From Macrostomum hystrix (Eukaryota; Animalia; Platyhelminthes): 64,000 nt of DNA. The DNA lies in contig CATNEN010000003.1 of NCBI GenBank assembly GCA_950097015.1, forward strand, positions 13,764,001 through 13,828,000, written 5' to 3'. Made by a program: the position numbers and the translations under genes. The notes under the pieces are model-generated. The model searched no databases. It was not told the origin of the DNA and was given only the letters and a program-made list of their open reading frames with translations. Positions 49,279 to 62,358 of this stretch are shown here, piece by piece (within the stretch, counting starts at the first letter, position 1; the number at the start of each line of letters is the position of its first letter).

Positions 49279-52200
49279 TCAATACCGATCAAATAGGATC
49301 GAATTGGAATGAGCCGCTGACCGAAGAGTGTCAGCCATTTTCTCCACCTCAGACCAGCGAGTTGCCTGCAAATTTATTGTTTTATTACAGTAATCGCTAA
49401 GACATTAGATTTCATATTTACTAGCTACAGGGGTTGTACCTTACATTCCACTGACTACTGAGCACACGCACGCAGTCACACGATCACACAGGTGTGTCCA
49501 TCTACCCTGACTTTCTCATCGTCAGGCAGTGTACACTCTCACTGTGCTATGGAGGTTGGCCCTCAAGGGCGTGAATTGCACGACAAGCCCCAAAGCCCCA
49601 AATAAATGTGGCCTCGCCGCGGAATCGAGTTCAGGACCTTGGTGCGAGAGGCCCTGGGTTGAAGCTTAGTGGTTCGGGCGTTGAATTCATCACTTAAAGG
49701 TCAAGGGTTCTATTCCAGACTCCATTGAAATACGATTTACAGTTTAATTTGTTTTCAAATTTGTTGCATTGCTGCCTGCTCACCTGCAGCTGTTGCAGTC
49801 GAGTTACTTCGCCCTGCAACTCGTTGAGTCTCAACTCGGCCCTATCCAAAGCCCTAGTCAGGCCGTCTTTCTCGGCTTCGCGTTTGAGCAGTTCCTGCTG
49901 AAGGGTGTCAATGTGGGCAACCAGCTCGGCTTTGTCTCTCTGCAGCCTAGTCAGCTGATCTGACAGGCTAGCCTGCGAACTCTCTGCTTCCTCAAGGCGG
50001 CGACGGGTGACGCTGAGGTCGACGGTGCCGGAGTCGCGAGTGTGAGAAGCCTCGCTTAGCTGCTGGGTGAGCTGTTGCACTTTTAGGCGCAGCTTGGCCA
50101 CTTCGTTCACACCGCTGGCCACCTGATTCAAGTTTTGCATTCGACAGTTTAAAAAATGCGACAATATTGCTGCGCTGACTACTTAAAGTAGGGATATGAG
50201 CTGTTAACGAATAATTTACAAACTAATTTACATGGTTTTAGTGAGATCAATCAACAAAATGACCAATGCCACACCATCAATTCTTACAAGCACTCAATCT
50301 ATTGAAGCACCTGCAAAACATAAAATATTCACACCAGTGACACACTAACAACATCCCAAACAAACTCACCTGGTACTCAAACAACACCCCAAACAAACTC
50401 ACCTGGTACTCCAACAAAACCCCAAACAAACTCACCTGGTACTCAAACAACACCCCAAACAAACTAAACTGGTACTCCAACAACACCCCAAACAAACTCA
50501 CCTGGTACTCAAACAACACCCCAAACAAACTCACCTGATACTCCAACAAAACCCCAAACAAACTCACCTGGTACTCCAACAACACCCCAAACAAACTCAC
50601 CTGGTACTCCAACAACACCCCAAACAAACTCACCTGGTACTCCAACAACACCCCAAACAAACTCACCTGGTACTCCAACAACACCCCAAACAAACTCACC
50701 TGGTACTCCAACAACACCCCAAACAAACTCACCTGGTACTCCAACAACACCCCAAACAAACTCACCTGGTACTCCAACAACACCCCAAACAAACTCACCT
50801 GGTACTCCAACAACACCCCAAACAAACTCACCTGGTACTCCAACAACACCCCAAACAAACTCACCTGGTACTCCAACAACACCCCAAACTAACTCACCTG
50901 GTACTCCAACAACACCCCAAACTAACTCACCTGGTACTCCAACAACACCCCAAACTAACTCACCTGGTACTCCAGCGTCTTCTCTCTCTCCCGGAGTCGA
51001 ACCAGCTCGTCAGACTCTGCCGCAGCATGTCCAGCCCACTGATGAGATTTGTCTCTCTCTGCTTCGATCTGTCGTTCCATATCTGCAACCCGCTGCTCCA
51101 GGGCCGCATTCTGCTTGACCAAAGCCGACGTCTCCTCGAAGGATTTGCCACGCAGCAGTGTCTCCTCGTGCGCCTTGGTCTGTTCGCGCCTCAGTCGCTC
51201 TTTGAGTGCCAGATTTTCGTCGCGAAGTTCGCGAATATTGCGCTCGAGTCCCTTGGTGTTGGTGCTGGCCAGTTCGACCTCTAGGACCCGAACCCGGGCC
51301 TCTAGTCTGGCGGACTGAGCACGCTCCTCAGTCAGGGCTGAGTCGGCCGCTGCCAGCTTGTCCAGTGCTGACTCCAATTGGCCTAATTTAAGAATAAAGA
51401 ATATTTTTATTACGTTACTGAACTCAGCAATTACGGATGGCTAAGATGTGACATTTTTCATTTAAAACTTTTGTGTACAGCTGTCCAGTCCGTGGACTGG
51501 GTATTGGCCACGAAACTTATTTTCATTTCTACCCCAAGTAGCGAGACACTCATTCTACAGCCGTGTGAAGTTATAAGAAATAATGTGTCCTTTCTAAACC
51601 CCCTGCATGTATATACCAAGGACTACTAGAAGAAGAAGGACGGGAAACTTCGTTTCTTGAAAAGTTTATTAAAGGCTGATTTTCACCAAAAATGCACTAG
51701 CCAGATAGGAACTTTTCACTTTTTCATGAATGAAGATTTCTAGAAATCGTTGAAGCAATCTTTGCAAGATATATTAAAAGAACAGCACTTGATCTGCTTC
51801 CAGTAAAAAATGACAAAAAAGTGAAAATTTCCTATCTCGCTAGCGCATTTTTTCATGAAAATCTCCGTTTAATTATTTTTCTAAGAAACGAAGTTTCCCG
51901 TCCTTCTAGTGGTCCTTGGTATATATACATATATCGTCCGTTGTCCGTTATCCGTTTAAGTCACCACTTAATTAAAAATCTGGCTAAAATTGTAACAATG
52001 GGAAATAAAAAATTATAGCACTGCGTTACAACATATATACTCGTACATATATGTGCACATACATGAATAAAACCTCAAAACAGCACAAAGTAAAGGCCTT
52101 AGGAAACAAGATAAGTGATTAAAACAATGTATTTACTACTGGTAGTACAATGGATAGTAGAAATAAATGTCCAAAAGTAAAGACTGGGGTGCATGCTATT

Positions 52201-54847
52201 GTGTAGCATTCACAGGATGCTACACATATTTTTTACCACTGATGAACTTAATGGTGCTTTGAGCTTTTGCTTCTGCGTCGTTGATTTCTGAAATCGAGTC
52301 AAGCGTATATAAAGTGTTTTACGCACACAGAAATTCTTATTACTTTTAAAAGCTATTAAAATAGTTAAAGCTTACATAGATGATAAAGCCAGCGAGGAGG
52401 CAATTCTGCCCATTTCGCTGACTCCTAAGCACACACGCACGCGATACTGTACGCAGGCGCACGCTCACACAGGTGTGTACATCTGCCCTGACCTGACTGT
52501 CCAAATAAATATGACCTCGCCGCGGAATCGAGCTCAGGGACTCATAAAAGATTACGTTACTAAAAATAGATTAATGTTACTAAAAATAGATTAATATTAC
52601 TAAAAATAGATTAATGTTACTAAAAATAGATTATGTTAATAAAACTCGATAATGTTACTAATATAGATAATGTTAATATAAATAGATAATGTTACTAAAA
52701 CTAGAACAGCGAAGTGGGCGCGCCTCTCCCTGATTGGCCGTTGTATTCTCACCTCTCAGAGTGGCCACCTTGGTCTCCGAGGCCTTGAGGTCGGCCAGCT
52801 TATGATCGTAGTCCTCCTGGAGTTCGCCTAGGCGCAGTTGCAGTCGACCAGCGTCGCGCTGAAAGAGGTCGCGCTCTCGCCTCGTCTCGGCGCTGTCCTT
52901 GTCAAAGCGTTGTCGCTCCTCGGTGTGGCTGGTCTCGTACTGGGCCAGCTTCTGAGTGAGGCCGTTGACCTGATTCAAAGGGTAAATGGATTTGCATTAG
53001 ATTTGCTGTCAAAAGCCGAATATTAGGAAAACTTACTATTTTTATGCCCTTCCTTCACTCACTACTCTAAGTAGAGTAATTTGTTTAATATATTTTTTAA
53101 ATTTGCGATCGATAATTCTTTTTCAAGCCAATCCGGTCTGCTTTTACCACCCACGTCAATAAAAATACGAGCGCAGTCTTGGAAAACATTTTGTGATTGG
53201 CGGAGAAATTTTATGACCGACTATTGCACAAAAATTCTGCTCAGAAAAGGCATGGGGGGCCTATTCCACCTTTTGGGGGACTTAGACCTAGGTGGTTGTC
53301 TTGGATTTCCTTAAAACTGTTGTAGCTAAAAATAGCAAAAACTCTGCTTTGTCGTCAGGCAATCAAATTTAGAGATTTTGGTTTGTTTCTTGGAAGATAA
53401 GAAAGCAAAGGCCACACACGCAAGCCACTGTGAATTCGCTGACCTTCTGTTGAAGCACTTCAGCGGCGCCCTCCTTGCGAAAGTTCTCCAATTGTAGGGC
53501 GTCAACTTTGGCCTGGAGGGTCTTCAATTCGCGCAACATTTTCTCAGCTTCGGCGGCCATTGTCGGGTGCAGCTCGGTGGCTTTCACAGCCTGCGATCGC
53601 GTGCATGGACACCCTTGGACGCTCGGTTAAGGAAAATATACACCAAACCAGAACCTTTTCAATGCGTCAATCGAGAAAAAAATAACCTGCCGTTACTAAA
53701 GTCTTTAAAGACTATATTGTATCTCGTATTTTTTTCTAAATACTAAAAACTATTATTTAAAAGCTTAATAAAAGGATATAGATGATTGTTCTCCAATTCC
53801 AGCAGGTAGACTTGCTGCTGCAGAGATTTAATATACTCCTGTTCCAGTGCGCCGGTGCTAGTGCGAATCGAGTCCACGAACGACGCCTTGGTACTGAAAG
53901 CAATTTTTCGGCGAATTTTATTAACAAATTAATATAATTATTTGGAAATATGAAAATAAAGTTTATAAAGTTTAAGTTTATATAAGAGTTAGTCGTCTTA
54001 CCCCTTTGCAGACTTAGTCAATTGCGTCTGAGAAGCTCTGAGTTGCTCACCAGATAGGCATAAAGATTTACCACTGTCAGTTAAATAGTTGCCTGTGGAA
54101 AGGTAGCGAATTATTAAAACAGCTGAACGCAATGGGTTCTCAATGAACGTAGCTGGTGCAGAAAAACTGTCAATATTTTGAGCATAAGCATAAGGTAATG
54201 TAAACAGTAAGTCTAGAGTATAGCAATTAAAAAATAAAATAATGAAAGTGAATGCAGCATGTATTGCGTTTTTTAATTATTTTTTTCTGTGTCCATGAAA
54301 GGTCAGAAATTGTAAGTACAAAAACTGGTTACAAAACGCAACGAGGATACTCTTTAGTGACTAAAATATAAAAAATGAAGCCATATAAAAAGCGGTAATT
54401 AAAGTTTGTAAATATTTTTAGTTCTAAACTGTATTTCTGAATTAATAATAACGAATGTGTTTTGTCTCAGTACTTAACTTTATAATTTGCATATATGATT
54501 TTATTTGCAGCGTTAAAAATTAACATACAGATCAGTGTGTAAAAGTAAATCTATGTGAAATTTGTTAACAGCGGAAATACTTATTAAAATAATTGTAAAA
54601 AAATCAGTATTCTTTTCATCTGCATTAATACAGTACAATAATACTTCTTGTTATTACATTACAAGCATGGTACAGGCCCAACTTCATAGGCTAAACTCTT
54701 GAAGATAGCGTTCAAGATCCAAGATTCAAGATGTCATTTTGAAATTATAAGCTCGAATAAATCGAACTTACCGCCATACATCTTAGAAGCTGATTTAACA
54801 GACCTTTCATTTGTCTGTTTACCGAAAGTAGACGAAATTCTAGACAT
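49279..54847 (-). CDS. Coiled-coil protein (516 aa), 9 exons: 54772-54847, 54002-54092, 53780-53893, 53444-53600, 52753-52969, 52237-52287, 50964-51382, 49784-50122, 49279-49365
   Basis: All phases are compatible and the total is 1551 nt, open to TGA. Heptad-rich sequence (EQEYIKSLQQQVYLLELENNHLRSQAVKATELHP...; ...RWSEVEKMADTLRS). Intron 3 is AT-AC. Confidence 0.8.
49445..49650 (-). mobile_element. SINE family A copy
   Basis: CCCTGACTTTCTCATCGTCAGGCAGTGTACACTCTCACTGTGC and GGAATCGAG. Confidence 0.85.
50345..50975 (-). repeat. 33-bp tandem repeat made of the exon end plus 5' splice site (TGGAGTACCAG|GTGAGTT(A/T)GTTTGGGGTGTTGT), 19 units
   Basis: The unit spans the real donor at 50963/50964 and recurs every 33 bp down to ~50367. 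Confidence 0.95.
51616..51919. mobile_element. Palindromic MITE flanked by TATA
   Basis: CCAAGGACTACTAGAAG..GGACGGGAAACTTCGTTTCTT / AAGAAACGAAGTTTCCCGTCCTTCTAGTGGTCCTTGG, with imperfect arms of about 110 bp. Related termini occur at 17094-17129. Confidence 0.8.
52387..52540 (-). mobile_element. SINE family A partial copy
   Basis: GCCAGCGAGGAGGCAATTCTGCCCATTTCGCTGACTCC and CGCGGAATCGAGC. Confidence 0.82.
52555..52700. repeat. 20-bp AT-rich repeat GTTACTAAAAATAGATTAAT
   Basis: About 7 units. Confidence 0.85.
53601..53779 (-). other. U12-type (minor spliceosome) AT-AC intron
   Basis: 5'ss CT|ATATCCTTTT, branch site TTTTCCTTAAC (53636-53626) and 3'ss GCAC|G. Splicing restores CAT CT|G CGA TCG CAG in frame. 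Confidence 0.9.
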
Positions 54848-55972
54848 TTTTTGTGTTGATGCAGAGGATATGACACGATAAATTGTTAGTGTTACTTTGT
54901 GTCCTCAGCGTGACAAAGTTCAGTCTTTCGAAAAGAGTAAAAATGTCAGAAATTAGTTCGACGTCAAATTTGATTACTATAGTTTTACACTGTAAAACAA
55001 AGTCACGTTATTGTAATTTTATAATTATTTTTGTCTAACAAATAAAACAAAACAGTATGTGTAAGTTTTTTAAATATAAGATTTTTATGTTCTTAAGCAT
55101 TTGTTTTTTAGACTTAAACCACGATAAAAGATATAACGTAAACGTTGATTAATCGTGCTTGATTTACTCAATCACTTTTAGGAGTAGTGATCTAGTCCAA
55201 ACGATCTTTAAAGTTTAGAGATTTTTTGGGATCATAAGAATAGGAGTAGTGATCTACTCCAAGTGGTCATTGGTTTTACTAAGCAAAGCATCGTACGAGC
55301 TCGTACATAGAGCGAAGAAGCTGTCCAAAAATTTTTCTAAAGAGATGCTCGAAGGATGGGTTTAAAACAGACAGCAAGAATGAACTGCAGGGTGCCTCTT
55401 TAGACAGTTTATCATCTCTCAAACTTGATTTCTTCAGTATTTAAGTCACTTTAAAGTAACGCAATGTAAGTAAAGTCAAGTAAAGTCAAGTAAAGTAATG
55501 CAATGCTCTATATACTAAATTTGCATGCATCTAATGATACGGACAGTTATAAACTTATTTGAAAGAAATATTTTTTTTGAAGAATGAATAAAGCTAACAA
55601 GTCTGAATACAAGTCTAGTGCAGTTAGTATTCTTAAAAACAATTATCTTAAAACATGAAATGTTTGAAATTGTTACAATTACAAAACCAGTATTGTCTGA
55701 ACAGTCGAAACCTGTTAAATTAGCCAGGTTAAGGAGCCAGTTAAATTGCCGCGCATTATTATTTTTTACGACAAAAATAAGGCAATTCATAAATGACTAT
55801 GAAATGATATCAAGGCACCAAATAGAACATGAAACTTGTGCTTGATAATTTTTTGGATCGACTGGTACTCGTCGAAGGCTAACTGATAAACAGCATGAAT
55901 TGTCTCACGTGTGTAAATCAAAGCGGAAATTAAGTTAGGAAATACTACGATCAGTACGTTGGCTCGTACATA

Positions 55973-58900
55973 TCACATAAATAAATCATCCAAGGCGTTG
56001 GCAAAAAGTGCCAAATCCAGGAGTTTGTCAAAGCCGAAGTGCCGATCTATCAGTCGACCAAAGTACTCTGGTGAGCGACGCCTCGCGTCGGCCAGAAAGT
56101 GCAGCTCCTGACCAGTTAGGCTTGAGATTTTCTCTGACAGTCTCTGGTCGCGACACCAGATTCGAACTCGCGATGCGTCCCAGTTTCTGGGATCCTCCTT
56201 TTTTACTTCTCGTGGTTTGGTTTCAACTTTACCGGTAGATGCAGGCGGTTTATTGGGCACTTTAATCTCTTCGCCATGAGTATCGGTGATGTCAGTACCA
56301 CTGAGCAGCACTGCAAGCAATTCCGAGAACTTCTGCTCAAACGGATATTTAGATTCCGTTAGATCGTAATAGAGCTGAGTGCCCATCAGGATGCCAAGCC
56401 AGCCAGTTGCTTTGTACTTCGGCTCCATCAGCAGGTAGATTAGCCTCCTGCCGCATTTCCACGCATATTCAGCTTCTGAAATGAATATCCTAGAAGATTA
56501 TATATATTGATATGATATCGAAGTACTATTTCTCGTTCTAAACATTTGAACCCGTACGCTGACTTCATCCTCAAAATCAAGACCTACCTCACTATTCCGT
56601 GCCAAGCCTCTTAAACCACCCACCTCACTATTCCGTGCCAAGCCTCTTAAACCACCCACCTCACTCTTCCGTGCCAAGCCTCTTAAACCACCCACCTCAC
56701 TCTTCCGTGCCAAGCCTCTTAAACCAACTACCTCACTCTTCCGTGCCTCTTAAACCACCCACCTCACTCTTCCGTGCCAAGCCTCTTAAACCAACTACCT
56801 CACTCTTCCGTGCCTCTTAAACCACCCACCTCACTCTTCCGTGCCTCTTAAACCACCCACCTTACTCCCGCGCCAACCAAGTCTCTAAACCACATAACCC
56901 CACTTCTCCGTGCCAAGACTCTTATACCTACCACCCCACTTCCATACCAAGCCTGTTAAACCACCCACCTCACTTCTCACTCCTTTATACACGCAAGTCT
57001 CCACTCGTAATCACAATTAATTGTACCCTTCAACTGCATCTCCGCCTTACCCAGCCGGCAGTTGTTGCTCTCCTTGTACAGTCGGGTGACGCACACCAGC
57101 ACAATGCTAGAAGCTTCCACAGCAGTCGACATAGCGTCCAAAGTAGAACCCTTTGTCAAATCTTTGAAGTCAACCCAGACGTTAAATCCGGACTCGTTAA
57201 GTCTGGCGTACAACCGTTGAACAAGTTGCTTGCTGGAGTGATTGTAACTGATCATTATCTGTTTAACATTGGCCTTAACAGCCTTAGTTGGTGATCTCTG
57301 TTTGATTCCCAAAATATCGCCGGACTCTTGTTTCAGACGGAAAAGCAGACTCTGCAACACTTTGCTATCGCGCCACCGCTCCATCTCGTGAAGCTGGTCA
57401 AGCTTCTTGTAGAAATTCGTGGCAATTTTACCGGAATTTTTCTTGCTAAAGCTGAGCGTAAATAGTATGTCAAGACCGTAGGCCGTGTCAGCGGGACTGG
57501 AGCTCGCTAACATTCGATGCAAAACCTGAAGAAGATCGAGATCAATCAGCAGATCTTTGTTGACATCGTTTAGTGCTAGACGGTTGATGCCTGAATAATT
57601 TGTGATTTAGAAACGCATCGTCTAGAAAATAAGTTAATATGAAAAGCGTTGTTGCCAGTCAGTTCTGAGTGTCTGTCAGTTCTGGGTGTCTGTCAGTTCT
57701 GGGTGTCTGTCAGTTCTGGGAGTCTGTCAGTTCTGGCATGGGCGTCTGTCAGTTCAGGTTGTCTGCTTGTTCTGGGTGTCTGTCAGTTCTGAGTGTCTGT
57801 CAGTTCTGAGTGTCTGTCAGTTCTAGGAGTCTGTCAGTTCTGGGTGTCTGTCAGTTCTGGGTGTCTGTCAGTTCAGGTTGTCTGCTTGTTCTGGGTGTCT
57901 GTCAGTTCTGGGTGTCTGTCAGTTCTGGGTGTCTGTCAGTTCTGGGTGTCTGTCAGTTCAGGTTGTCTGCTTGTTCTGGGTGTCTGTCAGTTCTGGGTGT
58001 CTGTCAGTTCTGGGTGTCTGTCAGTTCTGGGTGTCTGTCAGTTCTGGGTGTCTGTCAGTTCTGAGTGTGTGTCAGTTCTTGGTGTCTTTCAGTTCTGGGT
58101 CTGTCAGTTCTGGGTGTCTGTCAGTTCTGAGTGTGTGTCAGTTCTTGGTGTCTTTCAGTTCTGGGTGTCTGTCAGTTCTGGGTGTCTGTCGGTTCTGGGT
58201 GTCTCTCAGTTCTGAGTGTCTGTCAGTTCTTGGTGTCTTTCAGTTCTTTGTACATTCTTGATTATCTTTTGCAGTTAATAATAGTCTGTATTTAATATTT
58301 TCCTGTCTTTCTTGTGTATAATTTTTTTTCTATACTTTCATTTATTATAATTGTGTACAATCAAATTACCTTTCCTATTGTATATAATCCAAAGACCAAT
58401 CCTATATCAAAACTCACACTTTGCTGACTCGGAAACGTCAAAGCCTTCAAATCGTCTGTCTTCAGCGTTGAGACCGCCATTCAGTGCGCCAACAAGATAG
58501 GCCAGATTATCTCTGGCGCCTCGAAAAATATCCGCTTGTTGTTCGTCCACAACGAAAGCGATGAGGATTAAAGCCACGGTCTGCATGGTGATAGCGGGAT
58601 TTGTTTTGTCGCATGAAAACTTAAGAAATATTGTTTGTTTTTTATACTAAATATCGATTTAATTTATGAGGGGTTTGTGAAGTTGGCGTTTATGAGGAAT
58701 TGAACGGCCTGAGACTTCCGAGGCTTTGAAAAGGAGGAGTGGGGTGGGTGTTTCTTTGCTTTTAAAGAGAGGAGTGGGATGGATGTTGCGTGGGTTAGTA
58801 GATTATTGGATTAGAGGAGTGGGGCGGGTGTTTCGAGGGTTTGAAATAGAGGAGTGGGGTCGGTTTTCTGAGGGTTAAATATGAAGGAGTTGGGGAGGGG

Positions 58901-60537
58901 GTGTAGGAGTGGGGTGGGCGTTCCGAGGGTTTGAAATGGAGGAGTCGGGGAGGGGGTGTAGGAGTGGGGTGGTCGTTCCGAGGGTTTGAAATGGAGGAGT
59001 TGGGGAGGCGGTGTAGGAGTGGGGTGGGCGTTTCGAGAGGTTGACATGGAGGAGTGGGTGTTTAGTATGATGTTCCCATTGCGACAAGACCCACGGAATA
59101 ACCCTCTCTGAATCCTCTGGAACACATAACAGGAGGATTAGGGTTAGGTGTTCCAAAGAGATCAGAGAGGAGTATTCGGTGGGTCTTGTCACACATAGGG
59201 TGCATGTGTTTGTCGATTTAGATACAAACATTTTCTGAGAATGCAGGTTCCGTTTTCAGCTCACTGATAGCCTACGATCCTCTTCGCATTTCAAATACGG
59301 TTCAGCGCATTGTCTCAGTTTGTACTGCGACACCATCAGGCTGTAAATATGCTGATCATCTTTGAACAGCGCATTCACACAGACGGACATCGCCTGCCGG
59401 ATCAAGCCTCTGACGGTTGTGACAGTGGCCTCCGACTGGGCGCCAATCTTTAGTTCGACCCCGGAACTCAGGAACGGCTCGAAGAAATCTCGAAAGAATT
59501 TCTCACGACTGGCTAGATAGTGACAGAAGTTTAGCGACTTGTCGGCGGAATTCTGCAGCCTGTTCAGCATGAACCCGGCAGTGCCGCCAGCTGTACCAGA
59601 AAGTGCAGACCAGCCTGCGTTGACTAGCTGGGCTAGGAAATCAATGTACCTTTAAATCAGAGGAACAGGATGAATTGATTTTTAAATAGCCAAAGATCGA
59701 TCATGTGTGAATAGCCGTTAAACTAAACAATCGATCATGTATATAAGCGATCGATGAACGAAACAATCGATCATGTATAGAAGCGATCAATAAACTAAAA
59801 ACTAAAAAATCAATCATGTATACAAGCGATCATTAAATCAAAGAATCAGATCATGTGTTAGCGATCGATAAATTAAAGAATCAATAATGTGCAAGCGTTC
59901 GATAAACTAAAGAACTGATAATGTGTTAGCGATCGATAAACTAAAGAATCGATAATGTACAAGCGATCGATAAACTAAAGAATCGATAATGTACAAGCGA
60001 TCGATAAACTAAAGAATTAATTATGTGCAAGCGATCGATAAACTAAAGAATTGATTATGTGCAACCGATCGATAAACTAAAGAATCAATAATGTGCAAAC
60101 GATCGATAAACTAAAAAATCGATCGATAATCGCCAATAAAATAAAAAGCCAATAACATTTTTATTAAAGAGTGACTGTTAACAGCCGGAAACAAGGAAAT
60201 AATTTATTTTTATTTTTATTCACCTGTCAATAACTCCAGACTCAATAATGACATTGTGACCATGGTCAATAACTTGCTGTCTTCTGGATTCTTCGTCAGC
60301 CAATCCGAGGTCAGCTTTCTCGGCTCCCAGGCTGACATCCAGAGCGAAAGCCAAGGTGTTCAGATGCAATTCAACATTGTCAAATAGATCAGAAATTTTC
60401 CTATTTGATTTAAATATCGCTTCAATTGGTTTTATGTAGCCGTGGCAACGTTCAGTTATAGCTTCCTTGGCAGCGGTTAGCAACGCGGCGGCCGACGCCG
60501 AAGTCGCTTGTTTAGTTGAATTATAGGAACTAGCCAT
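55973..60537 (-). CDS. ARM-like / TIR / SAM-like protein (647 aa); exons 60224-60537, 59265-59649, 58418-58619, 57051-57590, 55973-56475
   Basis: Phases 2,0,1,1 are consistent (1944 nt). TIR_2 motifs IMISYNH, GFNVWVD, STLDAMSTAVEASSIVLVCVT..Y..SNNCRLEAEYA and GWLGILMG. ARM-like helices upstream (INRLALNDVNKDLL); SAM-like WDASRVRIW...LTGQEL at the C-terminus. Confidence 0.85.
56580..56975. repeat. ~36-bp minisatellite CCACCTCACTCTTCCGTGCCAAGCCTCTTAAACCAC
   Basis: Tandem units in TIR-gene intron 4. Confidence 0.9.
57656..58248. repeat. 17-bp minisatellite CTGTCAGTTCTGGGTGT
   Basis: Tandem units in TIR-gene intron 3. Confidence 0.94.
58720..59060. repeat. Degenerate ~60-bp G-rich repeat (GAGGGTTTGAAATGGAGGAGT..GGAGTGGGGTGG)
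   Basis: Several imperfect units in TIR-gene intron 2. Confidence 0.75.
59695..60128. repeat. ~34-bp minisatellite GCGATCGATAAACTAAAGAATCGATAATGTACAA
   Basis: Tandem units in TIR-gene intron 1. Confidence 0.88.
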
Positions 60538-61976
60538 TTACAAGTTATATTGTTGCCTACAGTGAAATTCTAATTAAACAAAACTATTTTCCAACAACGA
60601 TTGATTAAATTTAATAGACAATGCATAGCGCGATGTCTTATCAGTTCTACAGGTATAGCTGCCACTTAAGGTTAGATTAAATATATAAATTAAGCTGTTC
60701 AGAGAGTCAACAAACACATTACATATGGACAGTATCAACATTGCCCTTAACAACCAATGTGACAGCAAAATTGCCTATTCTTTTATCGTTTAATGTAAAA
60801 AGTCAAAAGGATTGATATGCACAAAAGCACACTTAAAATGCACATAGAAAGACAGTGTACATAGTTAGAATACCCCAGTTAAGAGAGGCAAAGTTTTTAA
60901 GATTGTGCACTGCTAAGTGACAGTTAAAGTCTTTCTAAAACTAAGCTCGGCTCACTAGCTAAAACAGCTAGACGCACTCGGAGCTTCGGCTAAATTATAA
61001 AGTATGAAAATATGTTGCACGATACGGAAGTTATCAGTGCTTTTCCCCAAGGTTGCCTGCTCCAGAAAAGAGTGGCTTGGACTGGTAATTTCATCTCCAG
61101 TTTTAAGATTCAGAGCTTTAGTGAACGATTTCATCACACTAAACACACAGAAGCCAAAGGACCCACCCGACACCCACCCCAATTTTTCTGTCTCTTTTCT
61201 TTTCTTTAGCTGGGGTAGCTTTTGTCTATCCTTCCCTTCCCCTTCCTCAAACCAGTAAGTAAGCGGTCAGTAAGCGAGACTGGCACACGGACAAAGGCTG
61301 TACATAGGGGTGGGGATATCGATCGAGTAACACGAACGCTACTTCTCTCTCCTCAGACCAGAATAAACCGGCACCGACCAACCAACGCAGAGCTATAGGC
61401 TATTCCAGCGATGGGGGTTTTATTTAGGATAGCAAAGCAAAAAGAGAGGTCTCTGCTAACTCCAGTTTTATCTGAATCTGATAAGTTGTCGTCCTGTGCA
61501 AAAAGTCATTCTTTAATATCCAAAGCGTACATTATTTTATTTTATAACCGAGACTTGGACGGCCTATTTTATTAACAGAGCCTAGTTCTCATCAGCACGT
61601 GCCTATTTCCACTTCCTGCCCTGGCAGCCCATGGTTTCCAGCGCCCATTCGAGGTGAGAACTGTTGTTTTTGTTATAGTATTATTTTATTTGTAATTTAT
61701 TTTTTTATTTATAAAGTTGATGTTTCTTTGCAGCGGCAGCGGCAGCAACTTGTTTTACGGCCTTGCGTTTTGATGTCATCCTACTTTAAAATGTAGCCTA
61801 TCTGGTCTACAATCTACATGACCAATGATGCCCCAGGCAGTGATTTCATAGAAGATTAAAGTGTATTTAAATTCAAGAAACTTTCGCGTGCAATTTACAA
61901 CTATTAGGGGTAACATGAGTTTGAACTTTCTAGAAAATGCAAAAATTACCAGCCGTGTTGACGACTCTTAGGCTAC

Positions 61977-62358
61977 ATCGAACATGCGCGACGGTCGCCT
62001 AATAGGCAACTCCGAACATGTTCTTTGTTCCGAGAACATGTTCTTTTAAATTAATAAGGCTACTTAATGTATATTAATGAATTAATAACATGAAGAAAAA
62101 ACTATGCCTTCCTTGGCATGAGGTCAACAAACAAGACAGAGTTAAACCATACTATGTCTAGTATGGTTTAACACACACACACACATGGTTTACCTCTGTC
62201 TTGTTTTTTGACCTCATGCCAAGGAAGGCATAGTTTTTTCTTCATGTTATTAATTCATTAATATACATTAAGTAGCCTTATTAATTTAAAAGAACATGTT
62301 CTCGGAACAAAGAACATGTTCGGAGTTGCCTATTAGGCGACCGTCGCGCATGTTCGAT
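61977..62358. repeat. Near-perfect 382-bp palindrome (foldback/MITE-like)
   Basis: Arms of about 174 bp (ATCGAACATGCGCGACGG...) with ~2 mismatches; the centre has an extra hairpin and (AC)n. Confidence 0.93.
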
